From positions 722 to 64,721 of the forward strand of contig JAUIAO010000027.1 of NCBI GenBank assembly GCA_030425425.1: DNA of 64,000 nt, given 5' to 3'. Positions 7,132-18,334 of this stretch are shown here, piece by piece. The notes beneath the pieces were generated by a model. That model was not told the origin of the DNA and did no database searches. It was given only the letters and a program-made list of their open reading frames with translations. The number at the start of each line of letters is the position of its first letter. Positions within the stretch are counted from its first letter, which is position 1. Source of the DNA: Bacteroidia bacterium (GTDB taxonomy: Bacteria; Bacteroidota; Bacteroidia; Cytophagales; Cyclobacteriaceae). The translations under genes were made by a program, and so were the position numbers.

Positions 7132-9060
7132 ATGAAAAACTTGACGCTATTGCTCATTTTTACCTTTAGTGCCTATCAATCTATATCACAAGATAAGTCC
7201 GAATTATTTCGCCAACTCAATTCAGAAGTGGACACGACTAAGATAGATGCTTTGAATGAACTGTGTTGGTTTTATAAATACAGCAATTCAGATTCGGCCA
7301 TTTATTTTGGTCAGAGAGCATTAGATGAATCCAATAAGATTGAGTATGATTTTGGAATTGCAAAGGCATACAACAATATCGCTATAGTTTATTGGGGTGC
7401 CGGAGCTTATGATACTGCTGTTGCTTACCTCGATTCTGCACGGGTAGTTTATGATAGGATGGGTTTAATAAAAGGGATCTGCTCTTGTCTGATAAACTCA
7501 GGACTTTTGAAGCAATCAATGGCCAAGATACCAGAGGCACTTCAAGACCTATTTCTGGCACTCGAAATCCAGGAAGAGCACCAATTTGATGGTTACCTAG
7601 CACCTATTCTCAACAACATTGGTAATTGCTATTTCGTGAATGAGGATTATAGCAACGCAAAAAAATGGTATGAAAGAAGTTTGATAGAGAAAAAGAGAAC
7701 TAACTCACCAACCATTTCTAATACACAGATGAATTTGGGGGTTTCTCTGCAAAATTTGGGTGATCTTGATAGTGCCCTGTATTATTATGAATTAGCTCTT
7801 GAAGGAATAGAAAAAAGCCAATCCTGGCTCAAACTGCAGGAGATTCTTCTCAATATTGGCACGGTTTATCTCGAACTCGAACAATCAATAACAGCTGAGG
7901 AATACCTGTTAAAATCCCTGGGTTTGGATAGTTTGACTGATAATGCTCAGGGTAGAAATTTCGCTCAAATCCGGCTTTCTGAATTATACCAGCAGACCAG
8001 GGATTATCCTAGAGCAATTAAACATGGCAATCTTGCACTGCAAGCAGCCATTGAAATTCAAAATAATTCAAGAATAGAAGCATCGTATTTGATGCTGTAT
8101 GAGGCGTACAAGAAAAGTGGAGATACTTCAGCAGCATTGTCTTGTTTAGAAAAAAGGATTCAATTTAGAGACAGTGTATTTCATACCGACAAGGAAGAAA
8201 TTATCGCTGATTTGGAAACCAAATACGAAACCGAAAAAAAAGAACAACAACTAAAAGTACTCAATGCAGAGAGAGAGCTACAACAAGCTCAAATAGAGCA
8301 GTTCAGGATTCTGGTGATTGCTATATCAATCATAGCAGTTTTAACCATGGCTGGAATTATACTATTCAATAGCCGAAAGCGCTATCAGCTCAAAGCATCT
8401 CTCGCCGAGGAACGTGAGCAGCTACAGAAAACCCGCTTCAAAGCCGTAATAGATGCTGAAGAAAAGGAACGCAAGCGAATTGCCAGAGAGCTGCATGATG
8501 GGTTAGGGCAGCTTCTTTCCACTGCAAGAATTACCGTATCTGCTCTAGATAATGATGAAAATCCAAAAGTCAAGAATTCTATGAAAGTCATTGATATGGC
8601 CGTAAAAGAAGTGCGGAGCATTTCTCACAACATGATGCCTAATGCGCTGGTGAAAGTTGGCCTAAAGGAAGCACTGCAAGACATGATGCGTAAAGTGGAT
8701 GAATCAGGAAATATCAATGGAGTTTTTGACTGCAAGACTGAATTAAGATTGGATGAATCGCAATCGATTAGTTTGTACAGAATAGCACAGGAGTTGGTGA
8801 ACAATGCCTTGAAATACTCAGAGGCCAATGAAATAAGGATGACTCTCTCAGATAATGATCATCAATTGGAAATGGTGCTGGAAGATGATGGTAAAGGATT
8901 TAACACCTCCAAGATCCAGGATAGTACGGGAATTGGCTGGTCCAACATTCAAGCCAGGGTAGATTTGCTGGGAGGAGAGTTGCAAATTGATTCTGTGGAA
9001 GGACAAGGAACCAAGGTCTCTATTTCACTGCAATACTCAGACCTGAAAGCTGCAGGTTGA
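7132..9060 (+). CDS. TPR-repeat sensor histidine kinase (HisKA_3/NarX type)
   Basis: Signal peptide, several TPRs, one TM segment, ERKRIARELHDGLGQ H-box, DDGKGF and GLG-like G-boxes. Confidence 0.92.
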   Translation: MKNLTLLLIFTFSAYQSISQDKSELFRQLNSEVDTTKIDALNELCWFYKYSNSDSAIYFGQRALDESNKIEYDFGIAKAYNNIAIVYWGAGAYDTAVAYLDSARVVYDRMGLIKGICSCLINSGLLKQSMAKIPEALQDLFLALEIQEEHQFDGYLAPILNNIGNCYFVNEDYSNAKKWYERSLIEKKRTNSPTISNTQMNLGVSLQNLGDLDSALYYYELALEGIEKSQSWLKLQEILLNIGTVYLELEQSITAEEYLLKSLGLDSLTDNAQGRNFAQIRLSELYQQTRDYPRAIKHGNLALQAAIEIQNNSRIEASYLMLYEAYKKSGDTSAALSCLEKRIQFRDSVFHTDKEEIIADLETKYETEKKEQQLKVLNAERELQQAQIEQFRILVIAISIIAVLTMAGIILFNSRKRYQLKASLAEEREQLQKTRFKAVIDAEEKERKRIARELHDGLGQLLSTARITVSALDNDENPKVKNSMKVIDMAVKEVRSISHNMMPNALVKVGLKEALQDMMRKVDESGNINGVFDCKTELRLDESQSISLYRIAQELVNNALKYSEANEIRMTLSDNDHQLEMVLEDDGKGFNTSKIQDSTGIGWSNIQARVDLLGGELQIDSVEGQGTKVSISLQYSDLKAAG

Positions 9061-9107
9061 TATTATAAGTAATTAGACTAATTTAGTTCCAAAATCACGC
9101 CTTGACC

Positions 9108-9755
9108 ATGGAGAGCCCGATCAAATTACTTTTAGTTGATGACCATGAATTATTTCTGGAAGGGATCATTTCTTTGCTTGAAGGAAACGAGAATCTGGAG
9201 ATCATCGGCACAGCACTGAACGGGAAAGAAGCTCTGGCAAAAATCGCCGCGACACCACCTGATATGATACTTTGCGACCTCAATATGCCCGAAATGGACG
9301 GTATTGAGTTGGTCAAAATTGTGAAAGAAGAATATCCGGACATCAAGATTATTGTCCTTACCATGCATGATGATCGACCTACCGTTACTGAGATTATGAT
9401 GGCTGAGGCTGAGGGTTATATTTTAAAAAATACAGATCGTGCGGAGCTGATGACTGCCATCAAACGAGTCTGCGATGGCAGTACCTATTATTGCAATGCC
9501 GTGATGAGCATAATTCTGGATCGGTATAAAGAGGAGAAAAAGCAGGAGGAACATGATATTCGCCTCACTGAACGTGAAGTAGAAATTCTTCAACTCATCG
9601 CACAGGAAAAGAGCAGTGAAGAGATTGCTGAATCTTTATTCATTTCTCGCCGAACTGTGGAGACTCACCGTAAAAACATCATCAAAAAAACGGAAGTCAA
9701 AAGTGTAGTCGGATTACTGAAAATAGGCTACAAATTGGGCTTGATAGCTCTTTGA
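9108..9755 (+). CDS. NarL/LuxR-family response regulator
   Basis: LVDDH, DLNMP, LTEREVEIL...IAESLFISRRTVETHRKNI HTH. Confidence 0.95.
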   Translation: MESPIKLLLVDDHELFLEGIISLLEGNENLEIIGTALNGKEALAKIAATPPDMILCDLNMPEMDGIELVKIVKEEYPDIKIIVLTMHDDRPTVTEIMMAEAEGYILKNTDRAELMTAIKRVCDGSTYYCNAVMSIILDRYKEEKKQEEHDIRLTEREVEILQLIAQEKSSEEIAESLFISRRTVETHRKNIIKKTEVKSVVGLLKIGYKLGLIAL

Positions 9756-9775
9756 TCAGCTTTTGACACCTGATA

Positions 9776-9814
9776 TACCCAATACTCGGTAGCTATTTTA
9801 CAGATTCATAGGTA
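9776..9814. promoter_or_regulatory. Two 16-bp TACC-N8-GGTA inverted boxes, candidate NarL-type binding sites
   Basis: TACCCAATACTCGGTA (9776-9791) and TACAGATTCATAGGTA (9799-9814), 23 bp apart, upstream of the 9865 gene. Confidence 0.45.
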
Positions 9815-9864
9815 TTTACTTCCGGCAGTAATGGCCGGAACTTTACATCAAAAACTTATCACCT

Positions 9865-10869
9865 ATGAAAAAGCCAATATCAAACCTATTATTAGCAGCT
9901 ATTCTGCTTCTTGCATTCAGCCTTGAAGCCTTTGCACAGTCGGATTTCGCTAAATCTACAGCCAATGTTTCCAAAATTAAAGCACGTCAAGACTTTAACG
10001 GTGAAGGGCGTACCAGCAAAAAAGGAACAGGATGGAGTACCAATGTGCAGCTGCTTGATGAACTCCCAAAGAGAGTGGCTTTGGTTACCTTCTATCTGGA
10101 AGATCCGGGAACCACCAAACAGAAAAAATCAAGTACACAGATTGTTGCCAAGTTATGGTCTACAGATGCAGCTACTGCTCAGGCACATGTCAATGGATTT
10201 TACAATGAGTCCATAGGTGCTTTGAAGGCCGGTTTTGAGGACATGGGGATGACTCTGCTCACTCCCGATGAATTCCTGACCAGTGATGATAAAAAGACTT
10301 TTTATAATAGCTTCATGGCCGAACATGGACCACTTAAAAAGAATAAGCTATCTGTAAAATCAATGACAGCTGCCGGAACGCTAAATATCCAAAGAACACG
10401 AGTAGCAGCTGATGGCTACAAAGTAATTTGGGTCAACAATGAAAACCTTTACAGCACTCCGGCAACTATATTCTTGAATACCGGGAATAACGATGCGAAA
10501 TTCTTTGAGTCGATGGGGTATAAATTGGCAGAAGGACTGGGTGTAGATGCAGTAGCAGCAGTGACCATTGTTACTCGTAAGCCTAAAGAGAATTATTATC
10601 ACTATGGAGTGAATGCTGCCAGCTTGTACATTTTCACTAAAAATCCAATCCAGCTTGCAGAGGAGGGAGACACTGGGCTGAAAGGAATGTTTTATATCAG
10701 AGGTCAGTTTTTGGCAGGTTCTCGGGTGACCTACGGTAAGCCGGAGCTTTTCCAATACCAGCACAAGAAGAAGGGTTATGGTCCTGAATATACAGGGATG
10801 GGAAATGTAATGACTGCCATGACAACTAAGATCAATGATTATATCCAGAAAAGGATGTCCAAGAAATAA
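9865..10869 (+). CDS. Secreted hypothetical protein
   Basis: Sec signal peptide ending AFA-Q; 334 aa; no family recognised. Confidence 0.75.
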   Translation: MKKPISNLLLAAILLLAFSLEAFAQSDFAKSTANVSKIKARQDFNGEGRTSKKGTGWSTNVQLLDELPKRVALVTFYLEDPGTTKQKKSSTQIVAKLWSTDAATAQAHVNGFYNESIGALKAGFEDMGMTLLTPDEFLTSDDKKTFYNSFMAEHGPLKKNKLSVKSMTAAGTLNIQRTRVAADGYKVIWVNNENLYSTPATIFLNTGNNDAKFFESMGYKLAEGLGVDAVAAVTIVTRKPKENYYHYGVNAASLYIFTKNPIQLAEEGDTGLKGMFYIRGQFLAGSRVTYGKPELFQYQHKKKGYGPEYTGMGNVMTAMTTKINDYIQKRMSKK

Positions 10870-10897
10870 AGATCAGGAGTATCCGATCAGCAAGCAG

Positions 10898-10924
10898 GCC
10901 CATGAAGCAATTCATGGGTTTTTT
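10898..10924 (+). terminator. Intrinsic terminator
   Basis: GCCCATGAA-gcaa-TTCATGGGT followed by a T tract. Confidence 0.8.
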
Positions 10925-11026
10925 GGGTTATACCAAGACATTTGACCCTTCGTGTAAAGAAATGAAGTGCTTTGGTGAGAATAATTATTTTTGCCAGATT
11001 GAAATAAACTCATCAACACTCATTAT

Positions 11027-12742
11027 ATGCATCAAGTCAACGAATTCCTCAAACTGATCGATAGTTTTATTGGAAGTGCTGCCTGGTTTCCATACGCATT
11101 GCTTGGAACAGGTTTGTTTTTTACCATTTATTTAAAATTCCCTCAGATTCGTTTTTTCCGTCATGCTTTGCGCATTGTCTCGGGGAAATATGACAAAGAA
11201 GAACTGCCAGGAGACACTTCTCACTTTCAGGCCCTGGCAACAGCTCTGTCAGGAACAGTAGGTACAGGAAATATCGCAGGAGTAGCTTTGGCGCTTCATC
11301 TGGGTGGTCCTGCGGCGCTATTCTGGATGTTGGTGACGGCTGCTTTTGGTATGTGTACCAAATTTGTAGAAGTAAGTCTGTCTCATAAGTATCGGGAAAA
11401 ACTTGATGATGGCACTATGGCTGGTGGCCCGATGTATTACATGAAAAATGCTGAATTCTTACTGATGGGTAAGAAAGTGAATTTGAAATGGTTGGCGGCA
11501 ATCTTTGCCTTTGCGACGGTGCTGTCATCCTTTGGTACGGGCAGCTTACCTCAGATCAATAGTATTTCTGGTACACTTCAGACCACTTTCGATCTCAACC
11601 CCGTAATCACGGGAGCCGTTTTGTCGGTTTTGCTTGGTTTGGTAATTATTGGAGGGATTAAACGAATAGCAGCTGTAACTTCTAAGCTCGTCCCGGGAAT
11701 GGCCATCATTTATTTTATTGGGGCTTTTGCAGTGATTCTGGCCAATATTGGCAATATAGTGCCATCATTTGTGGCCATCTTCGGAGATATATTTACAGGA
11801 TCTGCAGCTACAGGAGGATTCGTAGGAGCCAGTCTGGCATTCGCTTTTAATAAAGGAGTAGGGAGAGGGTTGTTTTCTAATGAGGCCGGTCAAGGTTCTG
11901 CGCCTATTGCCCACGCTTCGGCAAAAGCCAACGAACCTTTGAGTGAAGGTATGGTGGCTATTTTGGAGCCGTTCATCGATACCATTGTGATCTGTACAGT
12001 GACGGGATTGGTTTTACTTTCCTCAGGAGCCTGGTCAGAAAAACATCAGAATAATTTTGAATATACGGACATTGAAATCCTTCAAGGTCAGTACTCAGAA
12101 AACCAGGATAAGCTGCTTTACAATCATATCAATGACAAAGAAAGCCTGCCAACATTCTCTGGAAACCTGGAGGTACAGAGAGGAGAAATCATGAATACTG
12201 ATATCACCTTTCTACATGCAAGAAGTATTGCCGAAGATGTGAAAGTGTACAGTGTAGAAGATTTAATAGATGAATCGCTTTTTACAGGAAAGATTCAGAT
12301 CGAGAATGGCAAAGTAACTGATGAAAGGTTGCTCAGTTTCGAAGGAAAGTCACTGGTACATAGTGCATCTCTTACCACTATTGCCTTTACCAGAGGTTGG
12401 TTTGGAGAATATGGAAAATACATCGTATCCATAGGCCTTTTACTTTTTGCATTTAGTACAGCCATTAGCTGGTCATATTATGGAGATAGAGCAATGACCT
12501 TCCTTTTTGGTACCAAATCGGTGATTTATTACAGAATAGTTTATGTCATAGCTTTCTTCTTTGCGGCTTTTCAGGATACGACTATTATCTGGACTTTGTC
12601 GGGAATTACCATTGCGGTAATGACACTTCCAAACTTGCTGGGGATCATCTGGCTGAGAAAGGATATGAAGAAAACGATCAGTGAATACGGAGACTTTTTT
12701 GAGGAACAATTCCCTGGGCAGAAGCACCCAAAATTTAAGTGA
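11027..12742 (+). CDS. Alanine/glycine:cation symporter (AgcS family)
   Basis: [58 protein letters not shown]. Confidence 0.95.
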   Translation: MHQVNEFLKLIDSFIGSAAWFPYALLGTGLFFTIYLKFPQIRFFRHALRIVSGKYDKEELPGDTSHFQALATALSGTVGTGNIAGVALALHLGGPAALFWMLVTAAFGMCTKFVEVSLSHKYREKLDDGTMAGGPMYYMKNAEFLLMGKKVNLKWLAAIFAFATVLSSFGTGSLPQINSISGTLQTTFDLNPVITGAVLSVLLGLVIIGGIKRIAAVTSKLVPGMAIIYFIGAFAVILANIGNIVPSFVAIFGDIFTGSAATGGFVGASLAFAFNKGVGRGLFSNEAGQGSAPIAHASAKANEPLSEGMVAILEPFIDTIVICTVTGLVLLSSGAWSEKHQNNFEYTDIEILQGQYSENQDKLLYNHINDKESLPTFSGNLEVQRGEIMNTDITFLHARSIAEDVKVYSVEDLIDESLFTGKIQIENGKVTDERLLSFEGKSLVHSASLTTIAFTRGWFGEYGKYIVSIGLLLFAFSTAISWSYYGDRAMTFLFGTKSVIYYRIVYVIAFFFAAFQDTTIIWTLSGITIAVMTLPNLLGIIWLRKDMKKTISEYGDFFEEQFPGQKHPKFK

Positions 12743-12754
12743 TAAAAAAATAAA

Positions 12755-12784
12755 AAGACCGCTCAAAGGAGTTTGAGCGGTCTT
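12755..12784. terminator. Probable bidirectional terminator between convergent genes
   Basis: AAGACCGCTCAAA-ggag-TTTGAGCGGTCTT, with A tracts on the left side. Confidence 0.75.
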
Positions 12785-12812
12785 AATTTCAAGAGGGTCT
12801 TTAGCGCTATTC

Positions 12813-13496
12813 TTAATTCAGAGAAAAAGTTATGGGAAGTACCATTCTCACCCTTACTTCTCTGCCCCTTTGCTTTCCAGGAATCCACTTTGGAGCATTT
12901 TTGAGGACTCGTTCTGCTTCTTCATCACATCCAAAACCAATTCCTTTAATAGCTTCCACATGAGTGATACTTCCATCTTTGTCGATAATAAACTGTACAA
13001 AAACTTTTCCAGTGACCCCATTTATTTTTGCCATTCTAGGATAATTGATCTCATCTCTCACATACTTATAAAATGCAGAATTGCCACCCGGAAACTCCGG
13101 CATTGATTCAGCAACGAATACAAAATCGGGTTCTTCAGGTGGCGCTGGAGGCTCTTCAGCGGAAATGACTAACTTATTAAAATCTATTTCATCAGGCTGT
13201 TCTTCCTTCGCAAATTCTTCTAGTTCTTCACCCGCTATTACTTCATAAGCTTCCACCATTTTCGGTTCTTCTTTTTTAATGATGGGCTTTGGTGGTTCTG
13301 GCTTGGGAAAAGCCGTAGGAGGAATGACGTATGGTTCTTCAAACTCATCATCTGGTGTTGGAATTATCAGGCCATCATATTGGCCCTTCCATTCAAAAGC
13401 CAAAGTCACACATAATAATGCTACCACCAGACCAATAGAAAAGAATAGTGGGGATTTTTGGTCAAGATCATACTTGGGATTCTTCTTGTGTTCCAT
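12813..13496 (-). CDS. tonB: Energy transducer TonB
   Basis: N-terminal TM, Pro-rich linker, PEFPGG...INYP..A...G.V.VQF.IDKDG...PKWIPGKQRG TonB_C. Confidence 0.9.
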   Translation of the reverse strand: MEHKKNPKYDLDQKSPLFFSIGLVVALLCVTLAFEWKGQYDGLIIPTPDDEFEEPYVIPPTAFPKPEPPKPIIKKEEPKMVEAYEVIAGEELEEFAKEEQPDEIDFNKLVISAEEPPAPPEEPDFVFVAESMPEFPGGNSAFYKYVRDEINYPRMAKINGVTGKVFVQFIIDKDGSITHVEAIKGIGFGCDEEAERVLKNAPKWIPGKQRGREVRVRMVLPITFSLN

Positions 13497-13692
13497 TTCG
13501 CAAAAGATTAATTGGTAAAAGATGTGTTTGAAGGAATAACGAGCTGATGAAAGGTCTATTGTTAATGTGAATAGGTCTTGTGCAAAATTCCGGTCCTTGA
13601 TCTAAACTTGCAGAATGGTATTAGGTTGGTCCGGAAGGACTAATTAGAAGTATTTCACAGATGAATTGCTGACTGTTATTACACTACTGCAT

Positions 13693-14217
13693 ATGAAGTT
13701 AATTGAGTATATCAAACAAATCGAGGATCTCCACCTTCAAATAATCATTACGGTTGTATTGATAGTTCTATATCTCACCGTAAACCGGGTTTTGTCTGGT
13801 TTGATTAAAAAATATGGCAAGAAAAATGACATCTCAATGCCACGTGTTATTTACACGATCAAGTATTTTCAGTTTGTCTTGGTAGTGTTCTTTCTGCTTA
13901 TGCTTGGAATAACCTGGGATGTTTCGTTTGAGGGCCTTTCTGTTTATTTCTTATCTTTCTTTACAGTGGCGGGTATCGGACTATTTGCTAATTGGTCTAT
14001 CCTGAGTAACATCACTTCTGCGGTGATCTTGTTTTTCAATTTTCATTATCGAATTGGTGACCGGATCAGGATTATGGATTCTGATAATAGTGTGGAGGGA
14101 GTAATTGCGGATCTGAATATGTTTTCATTGATTATTAAAAATGACGAAGGTCAGCTCATCACTTTCCCGAATAATCTCACACTCCAAAAAGCCATTGTTC
14201 TGATTAAATCCCACTAG
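13693..14217 (+). CDS. Small MscS-family mechanosensitive channel protein
   Basis: TM helices then WSILSNIT..ILFF...RIGDRI...EG.I. Confidence 0.8.
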   Translation: MKLIEYIKQIEDLHLQIIITVVLIVLYLTVNRVLSGLIKKYGKKNDISMPRVIYTIKYFQFVLVVFFLLMLGITWDVSFEGLSVYFLSFFTVAGIGLFANWSILSNITSAVILFFNFHYRIGDRIRIMDSDNSVEGVIADLNMFSLIIKNDEGQLITFPNNLTLQKAIVLIKSH

Positions 14218-14326
14218 TGGGTTTTATTCCCCGACCCTCTTGGTCGTGAGACTTTTTGTTTGCATAGCAAACTACATCAAATACCTCGATGGCTCTGCCT
14301 CTGGGTTGTTTTTAATTGAAATTGGA

Positions 14327-15082
14327 TCAACTTTTCTGTTCTTTCTTGAATTCAGACAATTTAGCTAGCAGGTTTTCCCTGATGAGATAAAGTGGTGTCT
14401 TGTCAAGATACCGCAAGGAGAAGTCACAATATGCAATGAAGTCAGTAAGCTCATTTCCTTCCAATCCGGTGATATCATGAACCCAACCTCTGCTGAATTT
14501 GCGATGCACTCTGTTTTCCAGAAGTTCAGTGGTTTTGATTTTATGATATTTTCTTCGTTCTTTCTCCTGTTTGCTCAAGTTATAATACATTCCTGTCAGT
14601 GGATGGGTGGCAATAAAAAGTGGGTTTTTGATCACCTTTTCATTTAGAGTCATATCTTCTTTGGCAACAGGCTGGGGCATTCCGTGATACCAAAAGCTAG
14701 TATCCTCAGGTTCATGGTTAAGGATTTTTTGCTTGAAGATGTGCTCTGGTGGAATATCATGAATAGTCACCGAGTTCAATATGACTGTGTCCTGGGGAAG
14801 ACTCAGCTTCACTTCTTTGTCAAACCAATCAGGTTTCACTTGCCAGCCGATTCTCTGATACCCAACTATCGAAATAAGAATCGTATCTCCGATAGAACCT
14901 TTGATCATAAACTTACCGTTGACATCACTTATCGCCTGAGCATCATCAGAAAGGTTCAAAACATGTGCAAACTGAACCGGCTCGTGTGTAGAAGAATCCA
15001 ACACTTCACAGTATAGATTTTTACTCTGACCAAAAATCAGCGTAGATGTGAATGATAATAAGATGAAAACCAAACGACGCAT
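14327..15082 (-). CDS. Carboxypeptidase-regulatory-like domain secreted protein
   Basis: Signal peptide; V.DSST.EPV.FAHV...SD.NG.F.I...GDTI.IS.VGY. Confidence 0.75.
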   Translation of the reverse strand: MRRLVFILLSFTSTLIFGQSKNLYCEVLDSSTHEPVQFAHVLNLSDDAQAISDVNGKFMIKGSIGDTILISIVGYQRIGWQVKPDWFDKEVKLSLPQDTVILNSVTIHDIPPEHIFKQKILNHEPEDTSFWYHGMPQPVAKEDMTLNEKVIKNPLFIATHPLTGMYYNLSKQEKERRKYHKIKTTELLENRVHRKFSRGWVHDITGLEGNELTDFIAYCDFSLRYLDKTPLYLIRENLLAKLSEFKKEQKS

Positions 15083-15166
15083 AATGACAAATTTGGTTAT
15101 TGAAATTTGTAATATTGAGAGATTCACATTTTTTAACCTTTGGAGATAAAGCAGTTAAATCAAACC

Positions 15167-15871
15167 TCAAAAACTTAATTTTTTGATTTCATCTTCTGTC
15201 AGAGTTGGTAGCTCAAATAAGGTGGTGTCTGTACCGATTTCTATGGATTTTGACTTCCAGGAGTTGCTGAATTTTGATGGTCTGATTACTTTGATTGGCA
15301 ACCCTTCCTTTAAAAGTGTATAGGCTACAATCTGTATGTCCTCTAGTCTCACACTATCCCCATAAAAAATGGCGTTGGACTGATAGTTTTCTAATCCTTC
15401 TGATATTGGTCGCTCATGTATATAATAGCCCAGTTCTTCCAGTGCATAAGGACTGTTTCCGTCTGGGGGATGTCTATAATACCTGATGACAATATCCGTT
15501 CTGGATTTATTTTCTGGTAAATCAGCAATGATTTCTGATTTATAGTTGGTCAAGAGGTTTGTGAAAAAGGAGTCACTGCTTTCTTCCGCTTTTATTTCCG
15601 GTTGTTCTATGACCACTTCGGGTTCCGCTTCCAGTGTGTCTTTATTTTCTACTTTGGCCTGATGTGCAATGTCCTCAGGATCGTCCTGTTTCAGATCTCC
15701 AGAATGCTTTGTATTGGTTTCTTCAGGGCTATGATACTTTAAGAATTCCTGATTCAATGGTTCTGGTTCGTAATGAAACCCAAAAAACTGATCCAGACTA
15801 AACGGCACTAAAATCATTACTGCCAGAGTAATAAAGTAAAGTATGGCATTGGAACTTTTACCTTGATCCAT
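15167..15871 (-). CDS. Membrane-anchored hypothetical protein
   Basis: N-terminal TM, acidic linker; no family recognised. Confidence 0.7.
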   Translation of the reverse strand: MDQGKSSNAILYFITLAVMILVPFSLDQFFGFHYEPEPLNQEFLKYHSPEETNTKHSGDLKQDDPEDIAHQAKVENKDTLEAEPEVVIEQPEIKAEESSDSFFTNLLTNYKSEIIADLPENKSRTDIVIRYYRHPPDGNSPYALEELGYYIHERPISEGLENYQSNAIFYGDSVRLEDIQIVAYTLLKEGLPIKVIRPSKFSNSWKSKSIEIGTDTTLFELPTLTEDEIKKLSF

Positions 15872-15972
15872 ATGAGGTAGTTTTTTCTAAATTTAGTAAT
15901 TATTCAGGAACATAAATTGTGCAATTCTATTTTAGAATTATTTATTAGCAATTCGCTCTTTGAATATAAATC

Positions 15973-16479
15973 TCAATAATTCACTTTCAAATCTCTAAAA
16001 TTTTCTACCACCTCACATTGAAGTTTTTGCTGAACGGGTTCAATTTTTTTCCTGATGTCCTCTGCGTCAGTAGCACTGAATAAATAATACTTTCGTCCGT
16101 CCGACAGTTTCAGGAATGCAACCATTTCTTTGAATCTTGAAGTTCTCACCTGTCCAGCCCAGGAAGTCATTTGCTGTTGCTGTCGGGTTTCATTGATGAA
16201 AATCTTTTCAATTTCTTCGTAAGGTATTGGGTTGGATTTTTCAAACCCTGCGATCCACGTGGTTTCAGATATTGTTTTGTTTTCAGGATCTATTTCCAAT
16301 AGATAGTACATAGACCAAACCAATGGCATCATTGATCCTAATATTATACAGATAATTATCGCTAAGGATTGGGAGAGGTATAAAAGTGAAGCTGCCATAC
16401 CGAAAAAAATCAGTGCAGTGGAGACTATTCTGAACTTAAAGGGAATTACTCTTCCTTGATTGATCCTTACTTTGCTCAT
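15973..16479 (-). CDS. Hypothetical membrane protein (2 TM + soluble domain)
   Basis: Two hydrophobic helices; gene-sized ORF co-oriented with its neighbours. Confidence 0.65.
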   Translation of the reverse strand: MSKVRINQGRVIPFKFRIVSTALIFFGMAASLLYLSQSLAIIICIILGSMMPLVWSMYYLLEIDPENKTISETTWIAGFEKSNPIPYEEIEKIFINETRQQQQMTSWAGQVRTSRFKEMVAFLKLSDGRKYYLFSATDAEDIRKKIEPVQQKLQCEVVENFRDLKVNY

Positions 16480-16527
16480 TTTTCACAAGTTATCAAAACT
16501 CTATCTTTCAAATAGAGTTGTACCAAT

Positions 16528-17157
16528 ATGCTAAAAGAAATACCCCTATTTCCTTTAAATATTGTTGTTTTCCCTGGCGAGGAACTCAACCTTCACATTT
16601 TCGAGCCAAGGTACAAGCAATTGATCAATGATTGTTTGGAAACAAAAACAACCTTCGGTATTCCTTCTTACGTGAAGACCAAACTGGAAATTGGGACTGA
16701 GGTGAAGATTGTGGAGGTATCCAAAGTTTACGAGGATGGAAGAATGGATATCAAAACAGTCGGTTTACAAGAGTTTAAAATTATAGACTTTGTAGATCAA
16801 TGGAACAATAAGCTCTACGGAGGAGGAAACGTGCAGTTATTGGCATCTAAGGATGACGCAGAGCCAGGTCAGCGTTTTCAGCTTATAGAACTTTGCCAGG
16901 AGCTTTTTCATTGGTTACAGATGGATAAAGAAATCTGTATAGATGGAGATAAGGGGATTTATAAAGCGATTCATAAAATTGGCCTGAAGCCAGAAGAAGA
17001 ATATGAATTACTCAAAATGACCAGTGAGTCTCAGCGCTATAAATTTATAATTGATCATCTGGAACGGTTAATTCCTGCATTGGAAAGAGCGGAAAAAGCT
17101 AAGGCCAAAATCCAAATGAATGGACACTTCAAGCATTTTGATCCACTGAATTTCTAA
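16528..17157 (+). CDS. LON peptidase substrate-binding domain protein
   Basis: IPLFPL..VVFPGE.L.LHIFEPRYKQLI.DC. Confidence 0.9.
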   Translation: MLKEIPLFPLNIVVFPGEELNLHIFEPRYKQLINDCLETKTTFGIPSYVKTKLEIGTEVKIVEVSKVYEDGRMDIKTVGLQEFKIIDFVDQWNNKLYGGGNVQLLASKDDAEPGQRFQLIELCQELFHWLQMDKEICIDGDKGIYKAIHKIGLKPEEEYELLKMTSESQRYKFIIDHLERLIPALERAEKAKAKIQMNGHFKHFDPLNF

Positions 17158-17177
17158 GCATTGTGTAATTTTCAGCC

Positions 17178-17636
17178 ATGATTGAGATTTCTGGATTCGG
17201 TGTGGTATTACTATTCTTGGTAGGAAGTGTTGCTTTTGTGATGGTGACCATGGTAGCCGGAAAGCTTTTGCGGCCCAACAGACCCAATGAAGAAAAGCTG
17301 ACAACTTACGAATCAGGAGAAGATCCGGTGCGATCGGCATGGGGAATATTCAATATCCGGTTTTATGTTGTTGCTTTGATTTTCTTGCTGTTCGAAACAG
17401 AATTGGTGTTTTTGTTTCCATGGGCTACTGTGTTTGCAGATGAGGAAATGAATACCGCTACAGAAGGACTTTGGGGTAAATTTTCATTGATAGAGACGTT
17501 TATTTTTATAGGAATTTTAACTCTGGGCCTGGTGTATGTCTGGGCTAATGGAATGCTCGACTGGGCCAAACCTAAACCTGAAAAAACGGATTACAAATCC
17601 AAAATTCCAAAATCAGCTTATGATCATATTAAATAG
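17178..17636 (+). CDS. nuoA: NADH-quinone oxidoreductase subunit A
   Basis: KLTTYESGE, FYVVALIFLLFETE. Confidence 0.95.
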   Translation: MIEISGFGVVLLFLVGSVAFVMVTMVAGKLLRPNRPNEEKLTTYESGEDPVRSAWGIFNIRFYVVALIFLLFETELVFLFPWATVFADEEMNTATEGLWGKFSLIETFIFIGILTLGLVYVWANGMLDWAKPKPEKTDYKSKIPKSAYDHIK

Positions 17637-17797
17637 CGGTAGTAAATAAGGAAATTGCATTGATGATAACCCCTGATATCCAATAAAAAACCGGCAATAG
17701 GCAAAATTCAATATGCAAATCAAACTTTAGAAAAGCCAAAGCCAATTAATGATAAATTAAGCCAGATGCCAGAAGCAAATGGCTAAAAGGAAAATAA

Positions 17798-18334
17798 ATG
17801 AAAGGATTACTAGACCAGCAATTTGCACAAGGTGGAATCATAATCACTAAGGCAGACGATCTCCTCAACTGGGCAAGACTTTCCAGTCTTTGGCCGATGG
17901 GATTCGGACTGGCTTGCTGTGCCATAGAGATGATGGGAGCGTATGCCTCTGGATATGATATGGACCGATTCGGTGTGCTGCCACGTGCTTCTCCTCGCCA
18001 ATCTGATGTGATGGTGGTGGCCGGTACGGTAACTTTCAAAATGGCCGATCGTGTGCGAAGATTATATGAGCAGATGGCTGAACCGAGATATGTGATCTCC
18101 ATGGGTAGCTGCTCCAACTGCGGTGGTCCCTACTGGGAGCATGGCTATCATGTGGTGAAAGGCGTGGATAAGATCATCCCTGTGGATGTTTATGTGCCGG
18201 GCTGTCCACCAAGACCTGAAGCACTGATTGGAGGGTTTTTGAAACTTCAGGAAAAAATACGAGGCGAATCTTTGATGAAGCCGGAGGCACTGGAGAAGTT
18301 ATTGGAGAAAAGGAAGAAAAAGCAGCTATCATGA
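17798..18334 (+). CDS. nuoB: NADH-quinone oxidoreductase subunit B
   Basis: [36 protein letters not shown]. Confidence 0.97.
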   Translation: MKGLLDQQFAQGGIIITKADDLLNWARLSSLWPMGFGLACCAIEMMGAYASGYDMDRFGVLPRASPRQSDVMVVAGTVTFKMADRVRRLYEQMAEPRYVISMGSCSNCGGPYWEHGYHVVKGVDKIIPVDVYVPGCPPRPEALIGGFLKLQEKIRGESLMKPEALEKLLEKRKKKQLS

